A model generated the notes under the pieces. That model was not told where the DNA came from, ran no database searches, and saw nothing but the letters and a program-made list of their open reading frames with translations. The position numbers were made by a program, and so were the translations under genes. Shown here piece after piece: positions 12,171-23,595 of a DNA stretch of 44,953 nt (position 1 is its first letter; every line of letters starts with the position of its first letter). Source of the stretch: Octopus bimaculoides (taxonomy: Eukaryota); the NCBI RefSeq assembly GCF_001194135.2, contig NC_068993.1, positions 1,129,093 through 1,174,045 of the forward strand, written 5' to 3'.

Positions 12171-12947
12171 CGCTGTCACTGCTTAGTTTTGGAGACGCTT
12201 CCAAACGATTTAACAAATGATTGCAACAAATGTTCATTAGTGATTTCAGACTTTGTACTAATGACTTCAACTAATTTCTACATAAAGGTCAACAACATTA
12301 ATTAATTTTTTAAAAAGCAACAACAAACAACAACATAAAAACATAGAATTAGTCTTTTAGTCTCAGTAAAAAAAAATCTTTCATACAGACATAATATTTA
12401 ATATTTAATTAATGGCATTATAATTACGGTATTTGTCATTAGAAAGTGGGGGTTAAGTTAGCACTTCAGGTCATATTTGTTATCTAAAAATAGTCCTTGT
12501 TCATGCAAGAGGGGGGTGGGATAGAGATTGGCGCTCATTTTCTTTCCTTTTTTTTTTAAAGTCCAGAGCAAATAATCGATCTGTTGAATCAACTCCATGT
12601 TGCTGTTGAAGCCCAGCAAACAGTCCTTGTCTCTTGTAGACAAACTGATGCCAACCAAATGTTAACCTTCGCAGCCAATGAAAACAAAACCAACAAAATA
12701 AACAATTAGCTCTGAAAGTAAAGTAATTTTCCACACATGTTACCTGGATTTAAAATATACAAGACATTTGGAACGGCGGGTGAGGAGAGAGGGGAATCGA
12801 ACAGGGCAAGTCTTCATCATTTTAGAGATATAAACGAAGTCATTGTCAAGAATTTGATATATTTTTCATAGAAAATAACTTGAGAAAGAAACGAAAGAAA
12901 TGTTATTGATTTTAAAGAATATTCATTTGTTATTTTTTAATGGCTTA

Positions 12948-13576
12948 CAGGGTGTTCCCGTTAAGAGTGACCATTTTTTGTGTCTTCTTTTTTACAGGAA
13001 CAGCTTGATAAATTGGCGGGCAGTCAGCGACGTTGGAGGATATAAAGATTAAAGACGATCAAATGAAGCTGTTAGAGACTGTGGCCAAATCCTGGCCGGA
13101 GAAGGTTGCTGCTGGAAGACCATATGCGTGGCAGCAATGCCTTCTTGCCATACTTCTGGAAAAAGTCAGAAGTGGTTTTCAGAGAATTTCTGCGACTTCA
13201 ACAGCCTCAGTTTCTGGCCTCCTGATCCCACCGATTGCAATCGCATGGATTATTATTTATGGAGCGGGATTGAGAAAGATTCTAACTGCTCAGCCTGTAA
13301 TACCAAGGCCGAGCTGGTGGCCAAGATCAAAGAAGTGTTCAAAGACCTTCTCAGGAACACAGTGAGGTACGCATTCGCCAGGCTCTGGAGACATCTTGAG
13401 TGCTTCTGATCCGAGCACTTTATTCCGATTCACATAATCAGAGATTGTTAACTTGTGACAGACTGACGTCTTATTCAGGGGTAGCTGTATCTATTTTTTG
13501 TTTGACCCCTTAAAATTATTGTTAAGTAACGATTACAAGTCTTTCAGGAGACATTTACACATTTTTTTAGATCCTG
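12948..13576 (+). mobile_element. Decayed, internally deleted Tc1/mariner DNA transposon of the maT/DD37D type
   Basis: The left end is TA|CAGGGTGTTCC, a maT-like TIR start after a TA target. It contains a transposase C-terminal remnant. The right end is uncertain (only CCTG|TA at 13573-13578). Confidence 0.65.
13010..13409 (+). pseudogene. Frameshifted DD37D (maT-like) transposase C-terminal fragment
   Basis: One frame gives LLETVAKSWPEKVAAGRPYAWQQ. After a frameshift at about 13138 that removes the second Asp, it reads CHTSGKSQKWFSENF...FWPPDPTDCNRMDYYLW...ELVAKIKEVF, matching the WQQDxAPxH...WPPxSPDxNPLDY motifs. The spacing fits DD37D. Confidence 0.85.
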
Positions 13577-13584
13577 TATGGTCA

Positions 13585-13772
13585 CTGGCCAGCTAAAAAT
13601 AGCAACCAAATCTCCCTCAAATTACACCGTTCTGCTTCCATAAAGGGAGGAGACATTTGATGGTGTTGTTGCAGATACACAATGCCTGAAAAAACTATAG
13701 GCGGAATGGTCACAGTAGGAACGCCATTAATCTAAACCTGCTTTGATCAAGGTTAGCCTGGAACGACAACAA
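13585..13772 (+). mobile_element. Interspersed repeat family D
   Basis: CTAAAAATAGCAACCAAATCTCCCTCAAATTACACC...GGTCACAG...TGATCAAGGTTAGCCTGGAACGACAACAAC. Confidence 0.7.
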
Positions 13773-14169
13773 CTTGTTTGAAACTGTAATATAAATTGGT
13801 GATAGATTGTGAAATTATCGAGAAGTAGACTACACAGGAAATATAAACGTATTTGTAAATGTTAAACGTGATATCAAACTAATTATTACAGTAATTAAGT
13901 CAGGTTAATTAATTACAAATACATATTAATTTTGACATCGTTAAGATTATGATAAATGTCTGTGATAATCATAAACCCATCAAGATTAGTTTATGAGACA
14001 AAAATATTATAATGTCACACATAGAGAGAGGGGGGAAGAGAGTGAGAGACCGTGAGTGAGTGAGTGAGTGAGAGAGGGAGAGAGAGGGGGAGAGAGAGAG
14101 GGGGTTGGTCTGTTTGAAATAAAGAATGCGCCGGGGATTGAATAATAATGTTTCTACTAGAAACCAAGC

Positions 14170-14315
14170 ATGGTTGTGTGGTTAGCAAGTTCACCTTCTA
14201 ATTAAGGGTTGCATGGTTCAATTACTGATTACTTCGAGCAAGTTTTTTTTTTCCTTTGTCTCGAATGCAAGCAATGATTCGGGAATGAAAAGTTGGTCGA
14301 TAGAAACTGAGCAGG
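14170..14315 (+). mobile_element. SINE family C, decayed
   Basis: GCATGGTTGTGTGGTTAGCAAG...GGTTCAATT...GAGCAAGT...GGTCGATAGAAACTGA. Confidence 0.55.
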
Positions 14316-14619
14316 GCCTCTCTCGCTCTCTCTCTCTCTCAAATACACACACATAACCTTTACATATATATATATATATATATATATTTGTGTGTGTGTG
14401 TGTGTGTGTGTGTGTAAAGCTTAGTCGTCACTCGCAAGCGAGTATGAACTGGTAGCATTGGGAAAATTCTCGTTAATTGTTTAAGATGGCTGTGTAGACA
14501 CAAAGAGTCAAAGGCTTCTTCAAGACCCTTACTCTTTCAGCCCAGCAACATCGAGGATGTGACAGCCGAGTGAGAGAGAAGTGGGGGGGGGTGGAAGTGC
14601 CCTAGTACTTGATAGATAC

Positions 14620-14745
14620 TCATTCACGGCTGACTGGACTGCAGCAACATGAAATGAAGTGACTTGTTCAAGGAGACGTGTAGTAGAAGAGTCGAAACCA
14701 CGACCTTATGATCGTAATGCCAACACACTTAACCACTGCGGCATA
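14620..14745 (-). mobile_element. SINE family B 5' half
   Basis: GACTGGACTGCAGCAACATGAAATGAAGTGACTTGTTCAAGGA...GTCGAAACCACGACCTTATGATCGT...AACCACT; collinear with 6295-6390. Confidence 0.7.
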
Positions 14746-14773
14746 GACATTCACAAGAATACATAAAGTAAAA

Positions 14774-14842
14774 GTATGTATGTATGTATGTATGTATGTA
14801 TGTATGTATGTATGTGTGTATGTGTGCGTATGTATGCATATA

Positions 14843-14877
<35 letters not shown>

Positions 14878-14892
14878 ATGTGTGTATGTATG
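14774..14892. repeat. (TATG)n/(TG)n microsatellite
   Basis: Directly visible. Confidence 0.95.
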
Positions 14893-14984
14893 TAGTAACC
14901 TGTGTATATATTGGGATAGAGGGAAAACAATCGGTGCGTTGGATAAAAATACCTTCCCCAGGAAGGAACCTCCCAGTGCTAGAA

Positions 14985-15130
14985 ATTACAACCAAATCTT
15001 CCTCTGATCACATTCTACCATGTTTTAAAAGGAGCACGTTAGATTATACAGTCCAGGGCGCTCTACGTACAGGAAGGAAGAACGGGATTGTCATGGCTAG
15101 AAGGGCCATGAATATACAGAGTGCTGAGGA
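14985..15130 (+). mobile_element. Interspersed repeat family D
   Basis: TGCTAGAAATTACAACCAAATCTTCCTCTGATCACA...GGATTGTCATGGCTAGAA. Confidence 0.65.
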
Positions 15131-16159
15131 GATCTCCTATGGCCAAAACATATCCAAAGTTTTATTCCTTGCTTTTCGAAAATGGTTAAAATGCCATTTA
15201 TTGAGTCAAAGTTGTCTTTTCCTCAGCGCATAATACTTTTAAGTTTATGTTACGCTCCTCTCTATATCAAAAATGTTATGATAAACCCAAAGTATTTGTT
15301 AAAACCCGCTCAGCTTAGTTATTACAGCTGGAAAAAAACATTTCAAACATTTTCAAGAATAATAACCGTGTAAATGCTTTAGAATTGTCATTAATTATTA
15401 GAAAACAAAATTTATTAATCTGTTGTTAGAATTTTTGCTATTTGCCAAGGGAAAACATTAATGGCTTTGATTAAGAAGCTTTTTTTAAAATCTTCTGAAA
15501 ATACATTTCTTTATTTATTTCTATACTTGTTTACTTTACAGGAAATTCATATCTTTTAAATAAATATAATAAATATATTAAACAATTTATGGATTTCGAG
15601 AGAAAAATGAAAAATAAAAGATAAATCGGTAAATATTTTTACTGACTTCTTTGATATAAAACGTTCTTAATATTTTGAATAAATCAATTTTTTTTTTCAC
15701 AAACGTCTTTGAATTTCAATTCTTTAAATTTCTTTATTTTGTAAATCAAGAGAAGACAATAAGATAAATAAACATTATTAAAATTAATTTCATTCAATAT
15801 GTCATGTACACAAAGCTTAATTGCTTCTGTTTTCCAATAACTCCATATTTATTACATTTAGCCAGTTAGGAGGTGGGGTGAGAGGAAGGCTGGGAGCGGA
15901 GAATGAAAGGAGGAGGAAGAGGAGGGGGAGGAGGAGTGGCAAAGAGAAGAGAGCGTGGGAAGTAACGATTTCTGAGATGTGTTTAAGTCTCCTTTCGGTT
16001 CTGTGTTCGATTCCCGCCGTGAGTAGTTCCGCAGTATGGGATGGTGGTCTATAATAGAAAATACCTGTCATATACTGAGGAAGACCTCTTTTCTTGACTA
16101 CCCTCCACCAACCCACACACTCCTTATAAAAAATTGTGGTTCCCCAATTAATATTTTAT

Positions 16160-16255
16160 AGTTTGCAATCTAAGATCAGAACCCGTTGAGGCCAAATTTG
16201 CCTTTTATCGTCTTGGGGTCGAGAAATAAACACCCAGCCAAATCCTGGCGTCGAT
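16160..16255 (+). mobile_element. tRNA-derived SINE family A fragment
   Basis: CTAAGATCAGAACCCGTTGAGGCCAAATTTGCCTTTTATCGTCTTGGGGTCGAGAAATAAA matches the family A body. Confidence 0.6.
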
Positions 16256-16519
16256 TCTTTTTTCTTCTCTCTCTTTCTCTCTCTTAGAATTGGTAACAGC
16301 CAACAATATGTTGTCTTGTAAAAAAAACCCACCCAAACGAAGACAGGAGCAACTATTTTTGTAAGCTCTCCACTTAATTCTATAACCAGAAAATAGTATT
16401 TCTGATGGAAACCACCAGGGGGCCTGTCGTCAATCTGATGCTACAAGTAAAGAAAAAAAAAATGAAATTGTACTGAAGCCCGTCAGGTAGATTGTACACG
16501 GAATTCATAAGTTACAACC

Positions 16520-16615
16520 TTGTCAGGGTATCATGCTTATCCTGTCTGAGAATTACTTTAAGAGTACACGTGTCTGATGAACACTCAGCCACATACATGT
16601 TCATTTCACTAGTAA
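16520..16615 (+). mobile_element. SINE family B body fragment
   Basis: GAGAATTACTTTAAGAGTACACGTGTCTGATGAACACTCAGCCAC matches the reverse complement of 6175-6225. Confidence 0.65.
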
Positions 16616-16715
16616 GGAAGTGGCGTGCTTAAATAATTGAATGATCATCGTTGAAACCGACGAGAGTCCATTGCCGATATTGAGCTCCATCAGTAGGAAG
16701 CCGAGCAGGGAAAAT

Positions 16716-17047
16716 GATTGGTCACGTGGTCGGAATGTTTTCCACAAAATGGACTCTGCCAAAGGTCTTCCCACACCCCAACGTCCAGGTGGTGGTGGTG
16801 GTGGTGGTAGTGGTGGTGGGGGATCAAATGAGAATGAAGGAGAAAAAATAAAAAGAGAAAAAAAAAAAACATCTGAAGTTTATTTTTAATCTTGGATTGT
16901 AAAAGATCATTTTCATTTGGCATCGGATTTAATGAGGAATTTAAAATGAGAGAAAGCAAAGAGTCTGGCATTGAAAAAAAAAATGGTTTTGTAGTTTAAT
17001 GGAGCCATTGTTGGTTTAGTATATAAATAGGAGGTGGCCATTGTTGG
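16716..17047 (+). promoter_or_regulatory. Candidate Pol II promoter-like segment
   Basis: GATTGG immediately followed by TCACGTGG (16716-16729). TATAAATAG at 17022 is flanked by two identical GCCATTGTTGG 11-mers (17004, 17037). Motif matches only. Confidence 0.2.
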
Positions 17048-17193
17048 AGTGTTTGAAAAGAAGCACATTAAATAATGTACACTTGGCGGATAGTCGTGGA
17101 CTTGGTGTGTGTATAGTCTTTGGGAATAAATGTATCTATGTATACATACATACATGCATACATACTTATATACATACATACTTTGGAAACTAC

Positions 17194-17243
<50 letters not shown>

Positions 17244-17321
17244 NNNNNNNNNNNNNNNNNNNNNNNNNNNNNNNNNNNNNNNNNNNNNNNNNNNNNNNNN
17301 NNNNNNNATCTTTGTAAAATA

Positions 17322-17354
<33 letters not shown>

Positions 17355-17654
17355 GGTGGCAGCAGATTCAATACAGAAATGAAAGTTTAGAGTAGCGAAG
17401 GCTTTGAGATGTTCCACTTGTGTGAATGAATGCCATCAGAGAGTTTTTTTTATCTCTCTTCTTTGCAAATGATTATTTAATAGTGTGTGTGTGTGTGTGG
17501 GGGGGTGTATTTGTGGATATATGTCTGTGAGTCTGGAGATAGATAGAATGAAAGACAGAGAATGAGTGCGTGTGTGTGTGAGAGAGAGAGAGATTCTGTA
17601 GTTCCTCAAAAGTTAAATAAAAACAATAACAGACATAAGTATGTATTTGAAATA

Positions 17655-17700
<46 letters not shown>

Positions 17701-17849
17701 ACTTGAAGAGTTGAGTAGTAAAACCAGTTCGGCGTTTTAATCTTCAGCTAAAATATAACAATTCGTTGTCTTGTCACTGTTAAAGGAGCCAACGTTACCT
17801 GCAGTGTGTATGTGCACAAATACTTTGTATAAATCTAATTTGAAGGACA

Positions 17850-18060
17850 CACGTTTGACCGGAAGTTGTGAAGTCTATTGACTGAAAGAAAAGAAGAAAA
17901 AAAAGAAACACGTAGCAAAATATGCGCCCGTCCCCTGCTCATCCCCCTGCTCACTCCCTGTCGTCTCGCCGTTAAACAAACCCTTTGACAGCAGGAAGTA
18001 AAACATTAATTCCTTCGGACTTGATGTAAATTTTGGAAACGAAACGGTCAAGATGCGATG
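17850..18060. promoter_or_regulatory. Candidate cis-regulatory element (dense TF-motif cluster)
   Basis: ACCGGAAGT (ETS) at 17858. Then TAAACA (Fox) 17973, CCTTTGA (TCF/Sox) 17982, TGACAG (TALE) 17986, CAGGAAGT (ETS) 17992 and ATTAAT, all within about 40 bp of unique sequence. Motif matches only. Confidence 0.3.
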
Positions 18061-18829
18061 CTGAAACATTCATGCTTTTCCCGAGAATACAAGCGAAATA
18101 ATTTCAACAGATATTGAAAAACAAATTGCGGTTTCGTCTCGAATTCTCGCGTGGGCCTTGAGTTTATCCTAGAGACAGGAAACAAAACATTTAGCGGATG
18201 ATGGAGGGTTCTGGGAATTTATTAATTGTTTCCTGTTTTGTTGTAAAGTTAGATGAATCTTAATTGTTCTTTAAAATTTAATTAGTCTGTAGAGTCAATG
18301 TTTGAGAAGCAGATAAGAAATCGGTGGCCTGGTCCATGAACCGTGTCGTTCTGTCGTGGCAACGGCTGTAGTTTATAGGATCCTTTTTTAAAGAATTTAA
18401 CTCGATACATTTAGCAACATTAAAAAATGAAACTGAAGACTGACCGAAATACCGGGAATTCAGGTCTAAAATAAAGGAATTTTAAAGAATATCAGTGGAG
18501 AGCTTCAAGGATCAAGATGTAAGCCCTTGAGAAGTCAAAGCCTTGCTAAATCTTCTTCAGTTAAACAAAAAGCATCCGTTGAAGGTGCAGATGAATTAAG
18601 AACAATTACGTAGATCATAGGGTTTGTTTCAAGGATCATCGGATTCTTGTTTCAAGATGCATGGAAAAAGGTCCAAAAGGCTGCAACTAGCGAAACAATA
18701 TTGCAGAAGCCATCACAGATTCTTCATTTAAAATGGTTTATCTAATTGTTCTTTAGTGACACGTAAAGAGGAGGGGAAGAGGAGGAGAAGTGTGAAATGG
18801 ATGAGATAAGAAGAGATTCGGGTGAGTCG

Positions 18830-18960
18830 GTAGAGCATCTTATTTCGTTGTAGTCCTTCGTGTTCTGAGTCCAAATTCCATCGAGCCCAACTTTGCCCTC
18901 CATCCTGCAAGAGTCGATGAAATTATGTACCAATCAAGCATTGGGAACAGTATAATCAAT
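18830..18960 (+). mobile_element. tRNA-derived SINE family A
   Basis: B-box-like GTTCTGAGTCCAAATTCC followed by CCAACTTTGCCCTCCATCC...GAGTCGATGAAATTATGTACCA. Confidence 0.7.
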
Positions 18961-19764
18961 TATTCACCGACACTAAATTCAACGTGTTTTTCAATGTTCA
19001 AGATCGATTATGTATTATCCAAATCAATGAGATATTAAACACTTTGGTACGGTTTATATAACGTTCAAATCTCAATATAAATCTCATATGTATGTCTATA
19101 TGCTTGTATAGCCGTATTGATTTAAGTGAAGGACAGGATTATATCGATTGACGATGTCCAACCGGTTCCATATTAATGAAGGAAAGTTATTTGTAAGCCT
19201 GCAACTAAACCATGTCACGGACGAACAAGTGCAGCAACGAATGACCGACCTTGGACATCTCACTTTATCATTGCCCTCTTAAATAAACCAGGGTGGGTGC
19301 TAGTAATAGCAACCGAGCATCCATTAAATCGCGCTCTAATGATAGACAAAGGGAGGAGTAAACTCTGTCCATCAAATTCTCTGCGGAAAAAGAGATCTAA
19401 CCATATTTCTAGTGTGCGAGGACTGACCTCAGCCTAAACAACCAATAGGAATTTTCACCCATTCTTTTAGGCAGTTTCAATCCCAGATCTCCATATTTCA
19501 AACCTACTTCTTTCTGGTTCTTTGTACTTCCAATAGGAATTCTCGTCCAATTCCTTAAAACTCGATATTTCAAGCCAGAATAAATGATGTGATAACACTT
19601 GCGGGTGAGAAAAAGTAAACTGTGTTTCCTTTTACGGAGAACCAAGCATAGTTTGAAGAATATTAGACATACACGCACTGACCAGCAAAGATACACACAC
19701 ATATATAAATACATGTGTGCGTGCATGTGGTTGTATATATCATATACTATATGTTATATATATG

Positions 19765-19834
<70 letters not shown>

Positions 19835-20339
19835 ATGTATGTATGTATGTATAAATTATTAAACTATTTATAAATACTACAGGACGCCCTCTTTCTCCTT
19901 TACGGTCGTGATCAAGAGCGAAACTCAGAGTGGACAATCATTTTTTGGTCTACATATGTATGCGTAGGTGTTCACATACCCCACACACAAGCCCATAGAC
20001 ACACATACACTGATACACACACGCACGCACACGCATACACGTGCACGCGCACTCACACACACGCGCACACACTACAAGGAGTTCATATGCATAGCTACAT
20101 ATCTAGATACAATGCAAGTACTTCATGAATATATAATCTAAACATCGAAATGAAAAATGACTTCAGTGGAAAAACAAATAAATAAATGAATCAGCAGAGA
20201 TGTCCGAAAGCGGCGGCCAAATTGACTCTGGCCGTTTGACAAGGGAAATTGACAAATGCCTTGTTGGGTCAACAGGTTGAAGAACGTTAGGAAATACACA
20301 CACATAGACATACACTCACACGCACATACATGTACACAG

Positions 20340-20383
<44 letters not shown>

Positions 20384-20905
20384 GCACACAAGCACACAAA
20401 GAAGATGGACTCGCAGGTAGACTATGACTGAAAAGAGATAAATAATTGATAAATAGATAATAAAAGACATAGGTAAGTTGTGATGAGAAATATTAATTTG
20501 GCTTCGTTTCTTATCAGGAGAGAGAAACTTTAAATATACTTCATGTTGTGTATGTGTGTGTGTGTNNNNNNNNNNNNNNNNNNNNNNNNNNNNNNNNNNN
20601 NNNNNNNNNNNNNNNNNNNNNNNNNNNNNNNNNNNNNNNNNNNNNNNNNNNNNNNNNNNNNNNNNNNNNNNNNNNNNNNNNNNNNNNNNNNNNNNNNNNN
20701 NNNNNNNNNNNNNNNNNNNNNNNNNNNNNNNNNNNNNNNNNNNNNNNNNNNNNNNNNNNNNNNNNNNNNNNNNNNNNNNNNNNNNNNNNNNNNNNNNNNN
20801 NNNNNNNNNNNNNNNNNNNNNNNNNNNNNNNNNNNNNNNNNNNNNNNNNNNNNNNNNNNNNNNNNNNNNNNNNNNNNNNNNNATACATATACATACATAC
20901 ATACA

Positions 20906-20937
<32 letters not shown>

Positions 20938-21449
20938 CGTCTGCATATAGATGTGTGAGTATAGATTGTCTTCTACAAGAATCTGTGTGTACATGACGCT
21001 GTTGGTTGTATATTATTGTACACACTTCAAACAGATTGCAATGTTCAACTACCCAACCACCCATTCAACCAGCCAACAAGCCAACAAGCCATGCTACCAC
21101 CCTCCCTGCCACCATCATCATCATTATCAACATCATCGTCGTCGTCATGAGGGAGATAAACGGTAAACCCTGCTCATTTTTCTGTCCTAACGTTTATACG
21201 GTTTTACGCAGTCTCCCCTTGGTTTTGCTTTGATGTGCCATAGATGCGGCACCAATCGATGTGTCACTGTGTGACGTTGGTGGACTATCATTCTTAAATG
21301 GAGCATGAACAGTGCGCTTCCTGCTACCAGAATGTTGGTGATATGAAGCGGAAATTGAACCTGCAACACAAAGAGTCAGAAGAGATACCAGAAGACACCC
21401 TGTCCTTCACTAAAATCCTCCTGGTCTTTAACCCTCAGCACAGGATTGG

Positions 21450-21510
21450 CCCCTCGATTGGATGAAAAACATAGTTGACATTGGTGAAATTCGAACTCAG
21501 AGCATGAATA
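21450..21510 (-). mobile_element. tRNA-derived SINE family A fragment
   Basis: GGATGAAAAACATAGTTGACATTGGTGAAATTCGAACTCAGAGCATG resembles the reverse family A head. Confidence 0.5.
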
Positions 21511-21529
21511 TGCACAACGAAATTTCTAA

Positions 21530-21552
21530 TGGGTGTATGTATGTATGTGTGA

Positions 21553-21611
<59 letters not shown>

Positions 21612-21680
21612 TATACATATATATACAGCACACATATATGTGTGTGTGTGTGTATGCGTGCATGCACGCGAATGCATATG

Positions 21681-21743
<63 letters not shown>

Positions 21744-21760
21744 TTACATATATCTGTGTA
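21530..21760. repeat. Compound (TA)n/(CA)n/(TG)n microsatellite block
   Basis: Directly visible; explains the five overlapping low-complexity ORFs here. Confidence 0.95.
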
Positions 21761-22216
21761 TATAAGTTAATAAACTTAATACTATTTACTTCAATACATT
21801 TTCTGTTAATTAACATAATTAAGCTATTGAACACATTCGACCAGATTAATCTATTCACGTGACACTGTCCACTCTAAGATGACCGCTGGTCAACGCTTCA
21901 CAATATGTGTTTAGCTCTTTAGCCATTAATACATTGCGTGTCGAATTGAATGCGATGTTGGTTGATTGTCGACCCATTCATGGATGGCTTCCTTATCGAT
22001 TACCGGGACACATTAATCAATTGGTATTGATTTTATATTATTTAGCTGGGGTTCATTTACTTTCTAAATTGATCGAAATCTGTGTTTAGCTGTTTCTCCT
22101 GACATTAATCATATCAGAAAGTCACGTGAACTATTTAGGGGTCAATGCCTCCAATCTGTGAGTTTACTCTGGAATTGTAGCTTCTCTCCAGATTTATTGG
22201 CTGCAGAGATGAAGAG

Positions 22217-22431
22217 ATGGTTTGAAAGAGGAGACACCCAGTTTGATAGACAAGACGCTGTTTGATGGACAAGGCACTGTTTGACAGACAAGTCATAGTT
22301 TATAAAGCTATTGTTTGATATAGGTCTTTATCCAACAATTTCTTCGACTAAACCAATATCTTTTTTTATCAAACGTTGCTCACTTTATCAAGCAGTCTTT
22401 TCTATCAAACATTGTCTCCTTTATCAAACAT
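22217..22431. repeat. Fold-back palindrome built from ~19-bp subunits (GTTTGATA.../...TATCAAAC)
   Basis: Forward units at 22220, 22241, 22260, 22279, 22298 and 22313; reverse units ending at 22336, 22374, 22393, 22410 and 22429. The outer arms pair well. Confidence 0.75.
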
Positions 22432-22615
22432 ATTGAGTCTATCATTAAGCAGAGTCAATCAAGTAACGCCGACTCCATCAAACAATGTATCCACTCCCCC
22501 ACCCCCGCCACACCATTACATACAACAAATCAGTTTTACCTTCACCAAATCAGTTTTACTTTCACCTATGTCGGTGTGTACTTGATTCTGTATATCTGCC
22601 TGTATCTTTATTTGA

Positions 22616-22727
<112 letters not shown>

Positions 22728-23595
22728 TGCATTTATATGTCTACATATGTACACATTAATAGCTATACATGCATATTAATATGTGCATATGTGTAAAACA
22801 TGGACGTAGTGGTTAAGTAGGGAGATGCTATGGAAAGAAAACAATCGGATCGAGTTTATATCGGAAAACAGTGGCCTTGAGACAATAAATAAATAAATAA
22901 AGGACGAAATGAATAAAATGCATGGCTGTTTGTGTTGGTCCACTAGAATTAATGAAGTTTTAAGATTCACAGAACTTTATTCTGTCACACAACAAAAACG
23001 ATCAGCAATTCCTCTGTCCGAAACCGTTATGAAACAAGTGTGAAAAAACGTATTGAGTAAAATGAAAAGTTAAAAGAAATAACAAAATGAATTATTCAAA
23101 GCTAATAGCAAGATTTTATTCCAAAGTCGGTGCCTGTAAATGTCAGTGTCAACTTGTAAATCGTAATTTCCTGGCAAATAGAAAACTTGTCTCTTTATTT
23201 CGTTTTATTATGTTGGTCATGCAAGCAATTGCATTTGCCAGTCGGCAAACCTTTACACTTTTCGAAGATACTCTAATTACGTCACTAATTAGCTGATAAC
23301 ACAAGTTCTGTCCTACAGAAACCTATAAGTCAAAATCAAGTCCATATCCTCCAATCTCTAACATCAAGACCTTCGTTTCAGTTATTCAGTTATTTAACGA
23401 ACATATTGAATATAAAACTCAGACTTATTTGGAAATACGATTAGTTTTCTTAATAACCAGTTTATTTTACTTTTGAAACTGCATCCACATTGCAAATGCC
23501 ATCACGTAATTGTTATAACTACGAACAGTGGTGGACGTAGAGTTGCACCGTGGTTAACGCCATCACTTTGCCTTTCGGTGACTTTAGTGAGAGAC

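Noticed and set aside
15995-16020. GTTCGATTCCC B-box (also GTTCGAATC at about 29909) as possible tRNA genes
   Set aside because: No upstream A-box with cloverleaf stems is present; these are best explained as SINE debris or chance.
22217-22431. Regularly spaced short repeats here and at 34838-34931 and 1960-2470 as CRISPR-like arrays
   Set aside because: The context is eukaryotic, the units are degenerate tandem or inverted repeats without unique 26-45-nt spacers, and no cas genes are present.
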